Of a stretch of 64,000 nt of DNA, positions 20,280 to 34,150 are shown in pieces. The notes under the pieces were generated by a model, which did no database searches, was not told the DNA's origin, and saw nothing but the letters and a program-made list of their open reading frames with translations. Position numbers and translations under genes: made by a program. Source of the DNA: Octopus sinensis (lineage: Eukaryota); assembly GCF_006345805.1 (NCBI RefSeq), contig NC_043007.1, positions 62,000,001 through 62,064,000 on the forward strand. Direction: 5' to 3'. Each line of letters begins with the position of its first letter. Position 1 is the stretch's first letter.

Positions 20280-20280
<1 letters not shown>
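19906..20280 (+). mobile_element. tRNA-derived SINE (family A), near full length
   Basis: Head ggctgtgtggtaag...ggttcagtcccactg, body, then tail ccagcatggccacag...aatgactgaaacaagtaaaaga. Confidence 0.85.
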
Positions 20281-20315
<35 letters not shown>

Positions 20316-20346
20316 CATATATAAATATATACATATAAATATATAC

Positions 20347-20386
<40 letters not shown>

Positions 20387-20423
20387 AATAAATAAATATA
20401 TATAATATATATAAATATATATA

Positions 20424-21708
20424 CGAGGTACGTTCAATAAGTAATGCCCCTGAACCACTTGCAGTTGAAACTTTGCATGTGCAATTATTTATATCTCTAT
20501 AGATTAAGTGGCAAATTACAGCTCTGAACTAATTGTGGTTTCTGATTTACAGGTGTTTGAACTGAGTCAAGTGTGAAATGGAGCTTGTTGAGTGTCGAGC
20601 AGTGATCCGGTTTTTGTATTTGAAAGGACGCACACCACGGGAGACTTTTGATGAAATGAAAGTAACTTAAGGTGATGATGCCCCATCGTATGACCTTGTA
20701 AAACACTGGCATCGTGAATTCAAACATAGTCGAAACTCTGTGGAAACAGCTCCCAGATCTGGTCGCCCCCCCCCCCTTCTGCCATTGATGAGGCATCTGT
20801 CCGTCAAGTTGAGGCTGCCATTTTGGAAGATCGATGCATAACTATTCGCCAAATAGCCCATGAGGTCAAGATTAGTACCGGCTCTATGGAAACTATCATT
20901 CATGACCATTTGCATATGCAAAAGGTGTCTGCCAGATGGATTCCCAGGTTGCTCACGCCTTTCCAGAAGCAAGAACACGTCGAGTGCTCGAGGATGAATT
21001 TGGAGATGTGCCAAGAAGATGAGTCAAACGTTTTCAAAAGACTGATTACACAGGATGAAACCTGGGTCCATCACTATGATCCAGAGACCAAAGCCCAGTC
21101 AATGCAGTGGAAGCACCGTGACTCACCTCCTCCAAAGACGGCAAGGGTGCAGCCCTCCGCTGGCAAGGTCATGCTCTCAGTCTTCTGGGACCAGGACGGA
21201 GTAGTGATGACAGATTTCCTGGCAAAAGGCACCACAATTACAGGAGCCTATTATGCTTCACTTTTGAGGAAATTAAGAGAAGCTATCAAAATGAAGAGGC
21301 GGGGCAAGATCAGCAAAGGCATCCTCTTCCTGCAGGACAACGCTCCGGTCCACAGCTCGCGTGTCGCCAGATCAGAAGCACAGGCATATGGCTATGAACT
21401 CCTCCCCCATCCCCCCTACTCTCCTGACATTGCACCCTCTGAGTTTCACCTCTTCCCAGCCATGAAGTTGTTTTTGAAAGGAAAGCATTTCCCAGATGAT
21501 GCAGCCTTGATTTCTGAAGTCACGCTGTGATTGGCAGACCAAGCTGGGGTCTTCTACAAAAACGGTCTCCAGAGCTACATCAAAGGATGGGAGAAATGCA
21601 TAACTCTGGGTGGTTCCTATGTAGGAAAAGACTAATAACTGTGCCATGTTTCGTTGCTCTACTGCTATGGGAAGTGGGTCAGGGGCATCACTTATTGAAC
21701 GCCCCTCA
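20424..21708 (+). mobile_element. Mariner transposon, full length, inactive
   Basis: ~36 bp TIRs (cgaggtacgttcaataagtaatgcccctga / tcaggggcatcacttattgaacgcccctca), TA flanks. Transposase 20578-21635 with QDETW, LQDNAP and YSPDIAPSE; stops at 20668 and 21528; frameshift at the C-run near 20770. Confidence 0.95.
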
Positions 21709-23133
21709 TATATAATATATATATATATATAAATATAAATAAATATATAAATATATATATATAAATAAATATAAATATATATATATATAAATATATATAT
21801 ATGTAAATAAATATAAATGTATATATATAAATAAATAAATATAAATAAATATATATAATAGAAATATTAAAATTATTAAGTCTCTATAAGAATGCCATAT
21901 TAATATGGCGATAACAATAAATATATATATATATATATATACACACATGCACATTGGCAATATTCGTGAGTTTCTTGAAAATGGGGTCGTAACTCCGAAA
22001 TATTGAATGCAAGGTAAGTCTACATTACTTCATACATTTGTTTTTTGGGGATTTGCCTTGCATTTATTTAGCATTGTTCTGGGCTTACTCATGATCCTTC
22101 ATACAATATATTCTACGGAAATCTTCATAGCAACTATTCCATTATATATGTATACACATGCATCACATAAACCAAACATTAACATGTGTGTATGTTTGTG
22201 TGTGTGTGTGTGTGCGTGTGTGCATGTGTGTGTGTGTGTGTGTGTGCTTACTTTGCTCTTTTCTGAAAATTGCTGTACTACATATGGCAATGTAGTACAT
22301 TCCCATCACAAATCTTTTGCTGACTTAGCCCTTTTCAAAGACACATGAAATAAGGCATCCTTCCTTTAAAAAACAAATAAGGATTAGCAAAAAGAAGAAC
22401 ACCAAGCTGTAAATCAATGATTCAATATGTTTTTTTATGTTAGCATAGAAAAATCAGGCATAAAAACAAATAAACAAATGTGTGTTTGTATATACATACA
22501 AACGGATATACAATTGACACAGACACACAGAAAGATTTATTCTCTACACCAGTGATTCCCATCATAATGTCTATGTCCCACTGATTGGGCCCGGGGAAAT
22601 TGTGATATGTCATGGGATCCAAAATTTTTTTTCCATTTTTTTTTTGGTGGGACATGGTATTGTGAAAATCTGTTTTTCAAGAGCAAACATACTACACCTA
22701 TAGTCAGCCTACCCAAACCAATTCTTCCAGCCAAGCACACTGTGTGAAGGTTGTTTGCTACAGCATAGTGCTATTCTAATGCCCTAGTATGAAACTTTCT
22801 GTAAGGAAAGTATATAATTATGAGAAGTCAAAAAAAACGTGGTGATTTATGACTGAAGCTAACAAAATTATCTCTTCAAATCAAGGAAATCTGCCACAGC
22901 CGCCAGGCACAAAGTTCTCAATAAAGTGATTTACTTTTGTTTCTTAGTCAATAATGTACTTCGGTTTGTACTCAGCACTTAATAAAAGAGTTACCATTAG
23001 ATTTTTTGTATTAAATAATTGTGATAAAATATTAGAAATAAAGTTGTTTTTTTTTTTTTTCAACTACTGGTGGAGCATACATTTTTCTGGAAAGTTATGG
23101 TGAAACCTGGGAGAAGATAGGTTGAGAAACACT

Positions 23134-23179
<46 letters not shown>

Positions 23180-23408
23180 AACATATTTTCTCTACACAAA
23201 TACACACATGTGAACAGAGATATACTTTGTCACAAATACATTTTCTTTTTAAAAAACTAAAAATCAAATGAATTCCTTCATATGAATATAAATATAGAAA
23301 AACAATTCTCTGAAAATATAATTGAGTCAAATTTGAAATCTATTTGTAGAGCAGACAAGCGATTATCTACAGTGAACTTTTGCTACTTTTGATGACTTCA
23401 TAGAATAA

Positions 23409-23596
23409 TCAACTAGAATTCGTTATAGGTTTCATAGTCCAGTTACCATCACCTTCTATATGAAGTAGCATTTGGTGATATTTGGTTAAACTCTGTCTAT
23501 GTCCAACACTGAGGACTGTAATACCAAACTCTTTGCACATGGAATACATAATCTCTTCGGACTCAGGACTTATTTGATTTGTAGATTCATCAAGAA
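23409..23596 (-). CDS. ABCD4: ABCD4 last coding exon (Walker B, H-loop, stop)
   Basis: VLDESTNQISPESEEIMYSMCKEFGITVLSVGHRQSLTKYHQMLLHIEGDGNWTMKPITNSS*; acceptor ttatttcag. Confidence 0.95.
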
Positions 23597-23852
23597 CTGA
23601 AATAAATTTTTGAAAAGTTCATATAAATTTCATTTAGTCAAGGTTTTTTAAAAAATTATTTTCCCCTTTTTTTAAAGAAATTTCATATTTTTCTGGCATC
23701 TTGTATTGCACATACCCTATACCTTATTAATTACAGAATCTGTAAGATATACTGCCATCATTACCTTTTGCAAAACTACTAAAAGTTACTGCTTGTCACA
23801 GGAATTATATATTCAATGATTTTATAAATTCTCAGTAATTCTGTAACAACCA

Positions 23853-23884
<32 letters not shown>

Positions 23885-24195
23885 CACATGAAAAGCACTA
23901 GTCCATTCTGTAAAGTGGTTAGCATTAGGAAGGGCATCCAGCTGTAAAAATATGCCAAAGCAGACAGTTGAGTTTGGTGTAGTCCTCTGGCTTACCAGCT
24001 GCAATCAAATCATCATTTAACAGCCATCTTCCATACCTGCTAGTCTGAAACTAGGTGTTGTGTTTAAGTTATGTCTTTTACGTTCCATAATTTAGAGGCT
24101 CAACAAATATGGATCATTGAAAATAAGTATCAGGCTAAAATAGTCTTGGGGAGGGGGTTCCCAAGAAAATGTAAAAAGAGTAATAATGTAAATAC

Positions 24196-24272
24196 CTGCA
24201 AATTTGGGTTTATGATAGAATAATCTAACAAAACAAAGTCGCTGCTGCTGTCCAGGTGATAATTCATTGTAC
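24196..24272 (-). CDS. ABCD4: ABCD4 exon (ABC signature)
   Basis: WYNELSPGQQQRLCFVRLFYHKPKFA; AG/GT boundaries, phases 2 and 1 consistent with neighbours. Confidence 0.95.
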
Positions 24273-25959
24273 CTGCACAAGTTGAAAAGTAAAACTTGAA
24301 AATTAGATGAATATTTTGGGAACAAAAGTTATATTTTAACTCTTAAACTCCTGTTGAAAATTTTCTAAATCAAAACCTTGGTTCTGTAATGATACAAAAA
24401 AATCATAGTTTTTTTTCTTACATTAGACAGTTGCTCATTTTCTTTCAAAAGGAATGTAAGCAAGGTTAGTATGATTTTTTACAATGTTGAGTATTGCAGG
24501 ACTGGCTGACTGACGCAGTCCCATGCAGTAGAGTCATATAGGAAGTTAGGCGTTAATGGAATCTATACTGAGCAGGAGGCATGTAAAAAATTATTTTTTA
24601 ATAAGTGGGTAATTTGCCTTTCACCCTTCAAGAGTCAATGAAGTACCAAATAATTACTGGGGTCAGTTATTCTCTCTTACATTGCCCTGTGAGAAGGATT
24701 ATGAGGGACTACTTAGTTTTCCTTCCTTAAGAATTGATGAAGTGTTGAATGAGGGTCTAGCAACTTCTTCCTAATAGAAAAAAAAAAGAAATGTATACCT
24801 GGAGCCATCCAAGGACAGGCTGATGTGCATCTAGAATTGTAGTGCTTTGTAATTCCAAAACAAGCCTCTAAACTATTGCCCTAACAGTGAGATGTAGCTT
24901 CTGCAGTCGTATCTTGCTAAATTCAAACTATTCTTTGATGCAAGCAAAGAAGAAGCTGATAATTTCAGGAAAAATATATAAAATTATAATTGTGTAAGAA
25001 ATTATTATCAACTTTGCCTTTCATCCTTTTGTGGCCTGACAAATTAAGCAACAATCAGATACTGAATTCAATACAATCAACTCTGCCTCTCTCCAAGGAT
25101 GGGCTAATGTACAGCTGAAACTGTCTGAAAACAAACTGATAAGTAGCTGAAACCCTCCAATGATGGAATGATATACAATATAAAATGGAAATAAAGAAGA
25201 CACGGAAAAAGAGAGTGCAAGCATATTTAATGATGTAGGCCAAGATATATTAATTGATAAAAATTACAATCTTAGTGATGATAACAAATCATTAACTAAA
25301 TGGCTAAATCTGGTAAAAATAAATTGAGACAACCTCAGAAGGTTATAAATTTCTATTATAGGTACAAAGCCTGAAATTATGGGGGAGGGGCCTAGTTGAC
25401 TCCCTCAACCTCAGTGCTTTATTGACCTTGAAAGGATGAAGGGTAAAGTCTATGCTGGTGGAATTTGAACTCAAAATTTAAAGAGCCAGAAGAAATGCTG
25501 CTAAACATTTTGTCTGTTATATTAACAATTCTATCAGTTCACAGAGGACGGAGTTTAATTTTTAGCTGCACAGTGACAGCTAAGAACATTTCAGTCATTG
25601 ATACAATGACACAAATTTACTGACTGTTGCTTAATTTATCAAGCCACAAAAGGATGAAAGGCAAAGTCAGTGAGATTTGAACTCAAAATGTTAGGACTAA
25701 AATCTGTAGCACCAGAACATTACTATTTTCTGCTACTTTGTAGACATAAATAATAATGATTTCTTACACAATTTTATATATTTTTCCTGAAATTATCAGC
25801 TTCTTCTTTGTTTACATTCATCAAGATAAGACTGCAGAAGAAATTACACCTCACTGTTGGGGCAATAGTTTAGAGGCTTGTTTTGGAATTTCAAAGCACC
25901 ACAACAGGAACAGAATTTATCCATTTCAACAACAACTTGTTCATTTTGATGCTGTATCA

Positions 25960-27060
25960 TAGGAGCACAAAGTCATCTTTGATAATTCATTCTTTAAGCC
26001 TTCCTTAAATGAAGCAAGTGTTCTTTGTTCACATTTTCCTGCCTTATTCAGTTCCTTTTCCAAAGATCTTGCCCACTATTTTTCATTCATATTATTTCAT
26101 CACACTTTTTCCCACTCTCAACATTGTCACAGGCAATCAACTCACTTTTTCACCATTTATGCTCTCTTTTTGCATCTGTTGACTTTCATATAGATACTGT
26201 AGGTATCCTGCACATTCTTATGTTACTGACAGCATCTCTACACATGGCTTGCACAGCTTTGTCCTTCATCTACACATGCTATTCATCTACATCAACGTTC
26301 ACAAGCCACTCATCTACTTTTCCTATAGCTGTTCGGGCCAGTCCCACAGAGATGATGAAATACATCATCATAATGCTGGACATAACAAAGGTAAACATAA
26401 AAAAAATTGTTCAATTTTTAGTTGATAGGAAAAGACACAGGACTTAAAATGCTATCGGAAAGCTGGTCATGCAGACAAGGACTCTTTACTGTATTCCAAA
26501 TGTAAAGAATGAGTGTACACAAGTGATGAAGTGAGATCACAGGCAAGCTGACACAGAAGAAAGAATTTATATGGAGCAGATACACAGGAGTAATATGAAG
26601 TAGGAGCATTCATGAAAAGAACTCTTTCAAATGATGTGATTAACAATAGAGGTGCGTATGAAGAGATGAGAAAGTTCTGGGAGCTATTTCTTCTGAGGGC
26701 AACAAGAGGTTTCTCTCTCAGAGTGACAGGCAGATTATATAATGTTTATGTACAAAGTAGGATGTTATATGACAGTGAAACATATAGACTGAATGCAGAG
26801 GATGTACAAAGACTGGAAAGAACTGAAGTGAGCATGCTACATTGGATGTTAATGCAAATGAATGAATGAACATAAATGAGCTGAGGAAACACTGAGTACA
26901 GGAGAAATCAGATAGAACATCCAAGAGAGATGACTAAGTTAGTACGGCCATGTAATGAAAAAAAGGGTAACTGCTGGGTGAAGAAGTATGAAGTGACTCA
27001 AATGAAATAAGCATGGTAGAAAAGTAAATCAAAGAAAGAGATAAGAAGTAAAAGCTGATC
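25960..27060. mobile_element. RTE-type LINE fragments (minus piece ~25960-26360, plus piece ~26600-27060)
   Basis: Plus piece reads RGFSLRVTGRLYNVYVQSRMLYDSETY, similar to the 62700-63560 copy; the minus piece is more degenerate. Confidence 0.6.
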
Positions 27061-27331
27061 TCAGTGACTTAATCTTATGAAAGAGACAGCAGGCTCAATG
27101 GATACAATAAATGATGAAATAACTCACATTTTTGCAGTGCTGGTTTCCCATTTTGTTTTTTCGTAGCTACTCAGAGTATTTCTGTCTATTATTGCAAATG
27201 GAAGGAGAAAAAAAACCAAGATTCATGAATTTTACAGTTCCCTTGTTAGCTCTACTTTGATTCCCTGTAGAAGCTACTTACAGCTAAGTGGTTGGGTATT
27301 TCAGCTAAATATTTTTATCAAAGAATGTAAC

Positions 27332-27666
27332 CAGTAGCGAACTGGCTAGGTTGGCAGCTTGTGCGATAGCAAGTGGGCCCCTGCGCCATTAGAATCCATA
27401 TATGGGAGCCCATGTAAGTATTTAAGGGGCACATCCCTTCAAGTTTGAGAATTTTTTATTCACTCCTGGAAGAATGCATTAATTATTTCAGCCTGGCTGT
27501 GTTTGTAGACAGTTGGAACAAATACTTTTAACAAAAATAAATTAAATGATAGCATTGTAGTTGCAGGTGGGCCTCCTTGTAGTTGCGAGTAAGACACCTT
27601 GTAGTTGCAGGTGGACCCCACCTTAGTCTCCTGGCAACCAATATTTTTAGACCCAATCTGCCACTG
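27332..27666. mobile_element. hAT-type MITE
   Basis: Imperfect TIRs cagtagcgaactgg / ccaatctgccactg; 8 bp TSD aatgtaac / gatgtaac. Confidence 0.7.
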
Positions 27667-28819
27667 GATGTAACAGACTTCTGTGATGTCCTTCAATGAT
27701 AAAAAATAAAACTTTGCCTCGTTAGCTTGTAACCTGATACTTTAGTGATCTGATTAAAGGTGAGACTGCCATAATATAATATTCACCAAAATTACTGTAA
27801 GGAAGGTCACAAATGTCAAAATGGCGAGCTAGAGAAGATCCAACTAACTTAAGCAAAGAGAAACAAGCATAAAATGATGGTGATGATGATGGTAGTACAG
27901 ATGAAGTTCATGATGATGATAATGATGATAGATATCAAATTTTTCAAAGATGCCATGAAAGCTATTAACTGTGAATCTAATCATTTCATACAATCTTCTC
28001 CGAATATTTAGATACCAAATGGACAAAGGAACATGTTATGTCATATGCATGTAGGATAGCAAATCATGTTGTTATATGCAAGTACATGTAGGATCATGTT
28101 GTGTTATATGCATGTGGGTTAATGGATTATATGCTATATCCACATAGGATGATGGATCATGTGCTGTATGCACATAGACAAACACAGACTACTTCTCTGT
28201 TCATGTAAATTACAAACTTATAAACCTAAGTCACAAGAGTCAATCTAGATTGATGGCCCTTAAGATTATTGTGTGACTATACTAACTTCAACAGACCACA
28301 GGACAACTACTATTCAATCCAACAAAACTTTCCTTTGTGGGAAACCAATAAAAGAAGCTTCAAGCAGTTGCTTGATCTGCTGGAAATAGTACCCGAGTCT
28401 CCCACAAACATACATTACCATCTTAAAAAAGAAAGGATACCTCATTGATGTCTTAGCTTAGTTTTAGTCATCACCTGCAAATGAGTATGACCTGGTAGTT
28501 TGTATCAATACCATCCTTAATTGTTTTAGGTACCAATGTAGTCACAAGCAGATATAGACATCCTCTCAGCACCCTTGCCCTTAGCCAAGAGGAACATCAA
28601 AAATGTGACAGCTGGAAGGAGAGATAGAGATACACCAGCAGCATGTTGGTGCACAGTTTCAGTTGACCAGACTGGAGCAATGTGAAGTGACGTACTTCAC
28701 TCAAGAATACAATGCATCACCTGATCCAAGAATTGAACTCACAGAATTGAACATGAACGAAACACCTTAATCATTAAGCCATGTGACTTCATATTAGCTA
28801 AATAAAAAAAATTACAGTA

Positions 28820-29220
28820 AGGGCTCAAGTGTGGCTGTGTGGTAAGAAGTTTGCTTCCCAACCATGGTTCTGGGTTCAGTCCCACTGCATGGCAGCTTGA
28901 ACAAATGCCTTCTAGTACAGCGTCAGGCTGACCAAAGCCTTGTGAGTGGATTTAGTAGACAGAAACTGAAAGAAACCCGTCATTTATATATGTGTGGGTG
29001 CATGTGTATTTGTGTGTGTGTGTGTGTGTACACATGCATTCCCTCACCACTTGACAACCGGTGTTGGTGTGTTTATGCCCCTGAAACTTAACAGTTCAGC
29101 AAAAAAGACCAACAGAATAAGCACCAGGCTTTAAAAAACAGTGAGTACTGGGGTTGAGTCATTTGACTTAAAATTCTTCAAATTGGTGCCCCAGCATGGT
29201 CACAGTCTATTGACTGAAAT
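28820..29220 (+). mobile_element. tRNA-derived SINE (family A)
   Basis: gtggctgtgtggtaagaagtttgcttccca...ggttcagtcccactg...ccagcatggtcacag. Confidence 0.8.
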
Positions 29221-29508
29221 AAGCAAAAAAAAATATATGGTATGGTCAAAGTTGGAATACCTTTGAATATACCATAAACCAATTCAGTAGAAGTAGAAGA
29301 GTTAGAGCTAAATAACAACTTCCTTTTCAGTTACCTGAAATTACCTTAACAGCCACAGAATATTTTCTCAAAATAGTCACATGACAAATACATTTGTTAC
29401 ATAACGTTAGTTTCACAAGGTTACAAGTATATTTAAATGTTGTGTACATGTTTATGTACACATAAGCACAAACATGTAGGCACGTGCATTCACGTAGAGC
29501 ATACTTAC

Positions 29509-29611
29509 CAATTCCATTCTACCTTGGCATCAAGACGGCCAACACAAGAAACCAAATCATTGAGTTGGACTCTGTCTAAATAATGAAATATCCTTTCAGT
29601 TGTAATAGAAT
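29509..29611 (-). CDS. ABCD4: ABCD4 exon
   Basis: DSITTERIFHYLDRVQLNDLVSCVGRLDAKVEWNW; ttttccag acceptor, gtaagt donor. Confidence 0.93.
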
Positions 29612-30479
29612 CTGGAAAAGAAGAAGAAAAAGAAAAATAAGCTTATTCTGGTGAATGGGAAGAGTACCTAAAATAATTCATTGCTTTACCAAAAAATGAA
29701 TAATTGAAATATAAAAACTATGAATCAAAAATTTAATATTTCTCACAGACATGCGATGATTGAAACTCTGCCAAACACTGCATGTTAGTCTATACTAGAA
29801 CAAGTATCAGTTTAATTTCCTGGCTACTAAATCATATGGTACTAGTTTGTAGGTACCAATGTCATAGTTAAGTCAAATAAGGGTAGAGTGCAGAAAAAAT
29901 GTAAAGCACTGGACTAAATGCATTTCAATATTTAGATTGAGCAATATTCAATGTTTAAATCCCACAGGGGCCAAATTTACAGTTCAATTCTCCAGAGACA
30001 TACTGGAGAACTGATACAATTATAGCTGTTTATGTTCTGTGTTCAAATCCCACTACAGTCAACTTTGTTTTTCATCCTTTCAGGGGCTGATAAAATAGTC
30101 AAGTATTGGGGTTGATAGTACTGGCTAACTGTTTCCCTTCTAGATATTTTGCTATGTGCCTAAATTAGAAACAGTATTACAGTAGAGTCACATATGATCA
30201 AATCAATAAATAAGCCAATGGAGTAAAGTTTTATATTTTATTACAGGGGTTCTGTTACACCCCTGATAAAGAAATCAAATAATCGATTGTCCAGTTGACC
30301 TAACTGCAACAAACTACAATGGGGAGTTACAAAAGACCTCAATAGGAAACTGTGTAATTCATTTTTTCATTTGCAATAATAAATTGAAATACTCAGATGG
30401 GTCAGGAAAATCAAAAAACAAAAAAACACAGTGCAATAATATGAAGTATTCACTGAATTATTAAACAATGAGGTGAATT

Positions 30480-30760
30480 AAGGTACATGGCTTAGTGGTT
30501 AGGGTATTTGGCTCATGATTGTAAGATTGTGAGTTTAATTCCCTGTGATGCATTGTGTCCTTGAACAAGACACTTTATTTCCCATGGCTCTAGTTCACTC
30601 AACTGACAAAAATGAGTAGTACCTATATTTCAAAGGGCCAGACTTGTCACATTCTGTGTCATGCTGAATCTCCTTGACAACTACATTAAGAGTACATGTG
30701 TCTGTGGAGTGTTCATCCACTTGCAAATGATACCATCAGTGATGCCATTGTTTACAACTT
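30480..30760 (+). mobile_element. tRNA-derived SINE (family B)
   Basis: ggcttagtggttag...ttgtgagtttaattcc...gtgtccttgaacaagacactttattt; related copies at 50285-50607(-), 53920-54220(+), 56222-56500(+), 57975-58090(+). Confidence 0.75.
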
Positions 30761-31019
30761 TGCAAACACATGTCGATGAGGGAAGTATGAAATATTCACA
30801 CACATGCACACACACACACACAAATTGCATGCATGCACTTGTGCACACACATCCACTCATGTGTGCATGCAGGTACCCAACCAATTCTAATGTCTTGTGA
30901 GGCTCATTATCAGCATTACCTTGGCAAGAAAGAAAATACCAAGACCCATCCTTACCTTGTGTCATGCAGAAGGTTGAAAAGTCAAACATTTGTATTCAGT
31001 CATTGATGTTGATACCTCC

Positions 31020-31560
31020 TGTATCATCACCATCATCATTTAACATTTGTTTTCTGGGTTAGATGGTTTGACTGAAGAAGCTAGAAAGCTGCACCAGCTC
31101 CAGTCTGTTTTGGCTTGGTTTCTACAGCTTCCTAATGTCAACAAGTCCACAGTATACTGGGTGCCTTTTACATGTCATCAGCATGGGTGCCTTTTACATG
31201 TCACCAGCATGGGTGTCTTTTATGTGTTACCAGAACAGGTGCCTTTTACGTGTCACCGGCACAGGTGCCTTTTACATGTCACCGGCACGGATGCTTTTTA
31301 CATGTCACCGGCATGGGTGCATTTTATGTGTCACCGGCACGGGTGCTTTTTATGTGTCACCAGCACGGGTGCTTTTTACATGTCGCCGGCATAGGTGTCT
31401 TATGTGTCACTGGCCTGAGTGCCATTCACACATCACCAGCACTGACCACAACCATGATTTCACTTAGCATGGCGTGTCTTCTTAAGCACAGCAATTCGCC
31501 AAATGTCCTGCTCACTTGTCATTAATTGCAAGTGAACCATCATCCATGCAAATGCACTTC
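31020..31560 (-). mobile_element. RTE LINE 3' UTR fragment with 26-bp tandem array
   Basis: (CAT)n tail and sequence similar to 61915-62400; about 10 copies of gtgccttttacatgtcaccggcacgg at ~31160-31415. Confidence 0.7.
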
Positions 31561-31599
31561 CCTCCTACATCAAGATTTTTCCTGACACATTGTCTTGCA

Positions 31600-33060
31600 A
31601 ACCAACCCATCAGTAATCAATGCTGAGATGCATAAGATATCTGGTGGAGTGGGATATGGCCTAGTTATTTGTATAGTTAATCAGGTTGTCCAAGAGGGAG
31701 TCATACCAAACAACTGGTCTAGCAGCATTACAGTTAACTGCTACAAAGGTAGACAGAAATAATTACAGAGGTATCAAACTGCTGGGCCAGGTGATGATAG
31801 TTACCAGGAATGCCATAGCCCAACTAAGGAGAGAGTTAGTCTAGATGAGATGCAGTTTGGTTTTGTGCCAGGGAGAAGTACTATAGATGCTATATTCCGG
31901 GTAAGCAGCTTCCTTTCTGCTTCTTTTGTGGCTAAGTACACCTGTTTCTTAACTTCCCTTCTAGCTACCTACTATAGTTCTTTACTACCATTTCTTTTCT
32001 CTAATGGCCTTGTCAACTACACTGTTCCATCCCCATATCACTCTAGGTCTGGTTGGAAATTTGTACAAGCCAAAGCAAGTTGTCCCATAGGAACTTGTAG
32101 TTACCCTCTACATTACATGTCTGTAAGTCTTCCTCCTCATTAAATGCTTCAGATGGAACATCACTAAATCTCTGACTATCAAAAGAATCTGTAAGCTTCC
32201 AGATCCTTCTTTTCCAGACTGACCTGCTTCTTGGAATCTTTCTAGCCTGTAATCTGAAGTTGCTAATGGCTAACCTATGCTAAGGGGTACATTTTTCTCT
32301 AGGGAAAGCCTTTGCATTTATGAGCAACCATGTACCTAGCTTTCTGGTGAGAATGTAGTCTATATGGCAAGCTTAGCCAATAGACTGATAGGCTATCAGG
32401 TGGCTGGCAGGTTTTCTGAAGTTGGTGTAGCAGACCATTAGGTTATTTGCATCACAAAACTCCAGAAGCCTTGTTCCCTCCTTATTACAGGAACCAACTC
32501 CATGGTCACCAAGTACACTATGGAAGATGACCAATAACTGCCCAACATGTCCATTGAAGTCACCAGCCATGAAAAGAAGGTCATTGTCATTTGTCTTTGA
32601 GATTGGTCTGCAAAGGAATATCATAAAAATGATCCTTCTGTTCATTTAGTAGACCTGTTTGAGGGGCATAGGCAGAGATTACTGTTGCTGTACTATTTTG
32701 CAAAACTAGTTTAAGCTTAAGTATGCTATCACACACTCTGACTACCTCAATCACCTTATTCACTTATTTCTCAGCTAGAAGTATGCCCATTCCACCCACC
32801 CCTTCACTGTTGCCTTCTCAGATGTTTTTTGCCTGTGTAGAATCTAGCTGAAGCACCTCTCCACCGAACCACTTGAATGCAACACACATCAACATACCTC
32901 CTCCATTCAAGCATCTTAACAATCTCACCAGACTTATCTTTCAATGTACCTATACTGATAGTATAAGGATGTGAAAGGGAAGGCAAGAGGGGAACAGGGA
33001 GAAGGGGGACAGCATGTGACATCTGAAAAGATGTCCTTGCATTTAATATCATCATCCATT
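31600..33060. mobile_element. RTE LINE fragments (RT piece + at 31600-31900; AP-endonuclease piece - at 32150-33060)
   Basis: QFGFVPGRSTIDAIF; MAGDFNGHVG; VDVCCIQ.VRWRG. Confidence 0.8.
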
Positions 33061-33404
33061 CATGTTACACTTGCTGCATCTACTGGTAGTGAGTGCTATA
33101 TGAACATTATTAATACAAAGATAAATAGAAATCGTTGAGTGCTATATATGCATTGTTAATACAAAGAGAAATTAATTGATAAGCACTTTTTAACAACAAC
33201 ATGTTAGTGCAGGGTATAAAAATGATGCCATGTGTCTTGCAGTAATGTGGGTGAGAGACCCTGAGGAGAGAGGAGGGGCAGAAGGACACATGAAGAAGAG
33301 GATGAAGAAAGAGGGAAGAAGAGATGCCAAGAGAGGTTTCCGGTAGATAAGAGAGGTTGCCAGTATAGGTGTGGGGCAGGAAAGGGTGGGTGCATCATAT
33401 GTAA

Positions 33405-34150
33405 GGAAACAACTGAACAAGATATGCTCATTTCTAGAGCAGGAACAAGATAAGATATTCACATAGATACATTAATGATGAAATGAGAAGACAGGGTAAA
33501 ACCGAGTATTAGAGGCAAAACTACAATTATGGTGAATTAAGTTAAATTAAACACGGATTAATATAAATAGGACAAAAATGCAAATAGCAGACATGAATTA
33601 TACATCAATAAAAAAAAAAAAAACTTATTTCATATTTTTGTTGCATAAGAGGCATGTAGAATCCAGAGAAATCATTTGAGAGACAGTACAATGGCCAAAG
33701 TGTTTATTTATAATAGCAGCAACAGGAAGAAGAGATTAGTAGCTAGAAGTGGAAACCATTTTGGCAAAGTTGTAGACAATGTTAGGGGAAGAATACAAAA
33801 CCATCTCTCTGATGTCATTATGAAGAAGTAACTGAATGAAATATGCTCATATCTAGAGGAGGGCCTTTAATAGAGAGAAAAGAGAGATAAGATAAGATAT
33901 TTATATAGATACATTAATGATAAAAAGAGGAGACAAGGTAAAACAGGATAGTAAGAGGTAAAAACTATGTTTATGGTAAATTAAATTAAATAAAAGACAG
34001 ATTAAGGAAACAACTGAACAAGATATGCTCATTTCCAGAGCAGGAACAAGATAAGATATTCACATAGATATATTATTAATGAAATGAGTTGACAGGGTAT
34101 AAGAGGTAAAACTACGATTATGATGAATTAAGTTAAATTAAACATGGGTT
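33405..34150. repeat. Three diverged copies of a ~150-175 bp unit
   Basis: aactgaacaagatatgctcatttctagagcaggaacaagataagatattcacatagata... at ~33407, ~33830 and ~34007. Confidence 0.8.

Noticed and set aside
30957-31017. AG...GT-bounded segment as a possible extra ABCD4 exon
   Set aside because: In-frame stop in the required phase, and the gene model closes without it.
31160-31415. CRISPR-like regular array
   Set aside because: Head-to-tail units without unique spacers, eukaryotic context, no cas genes.
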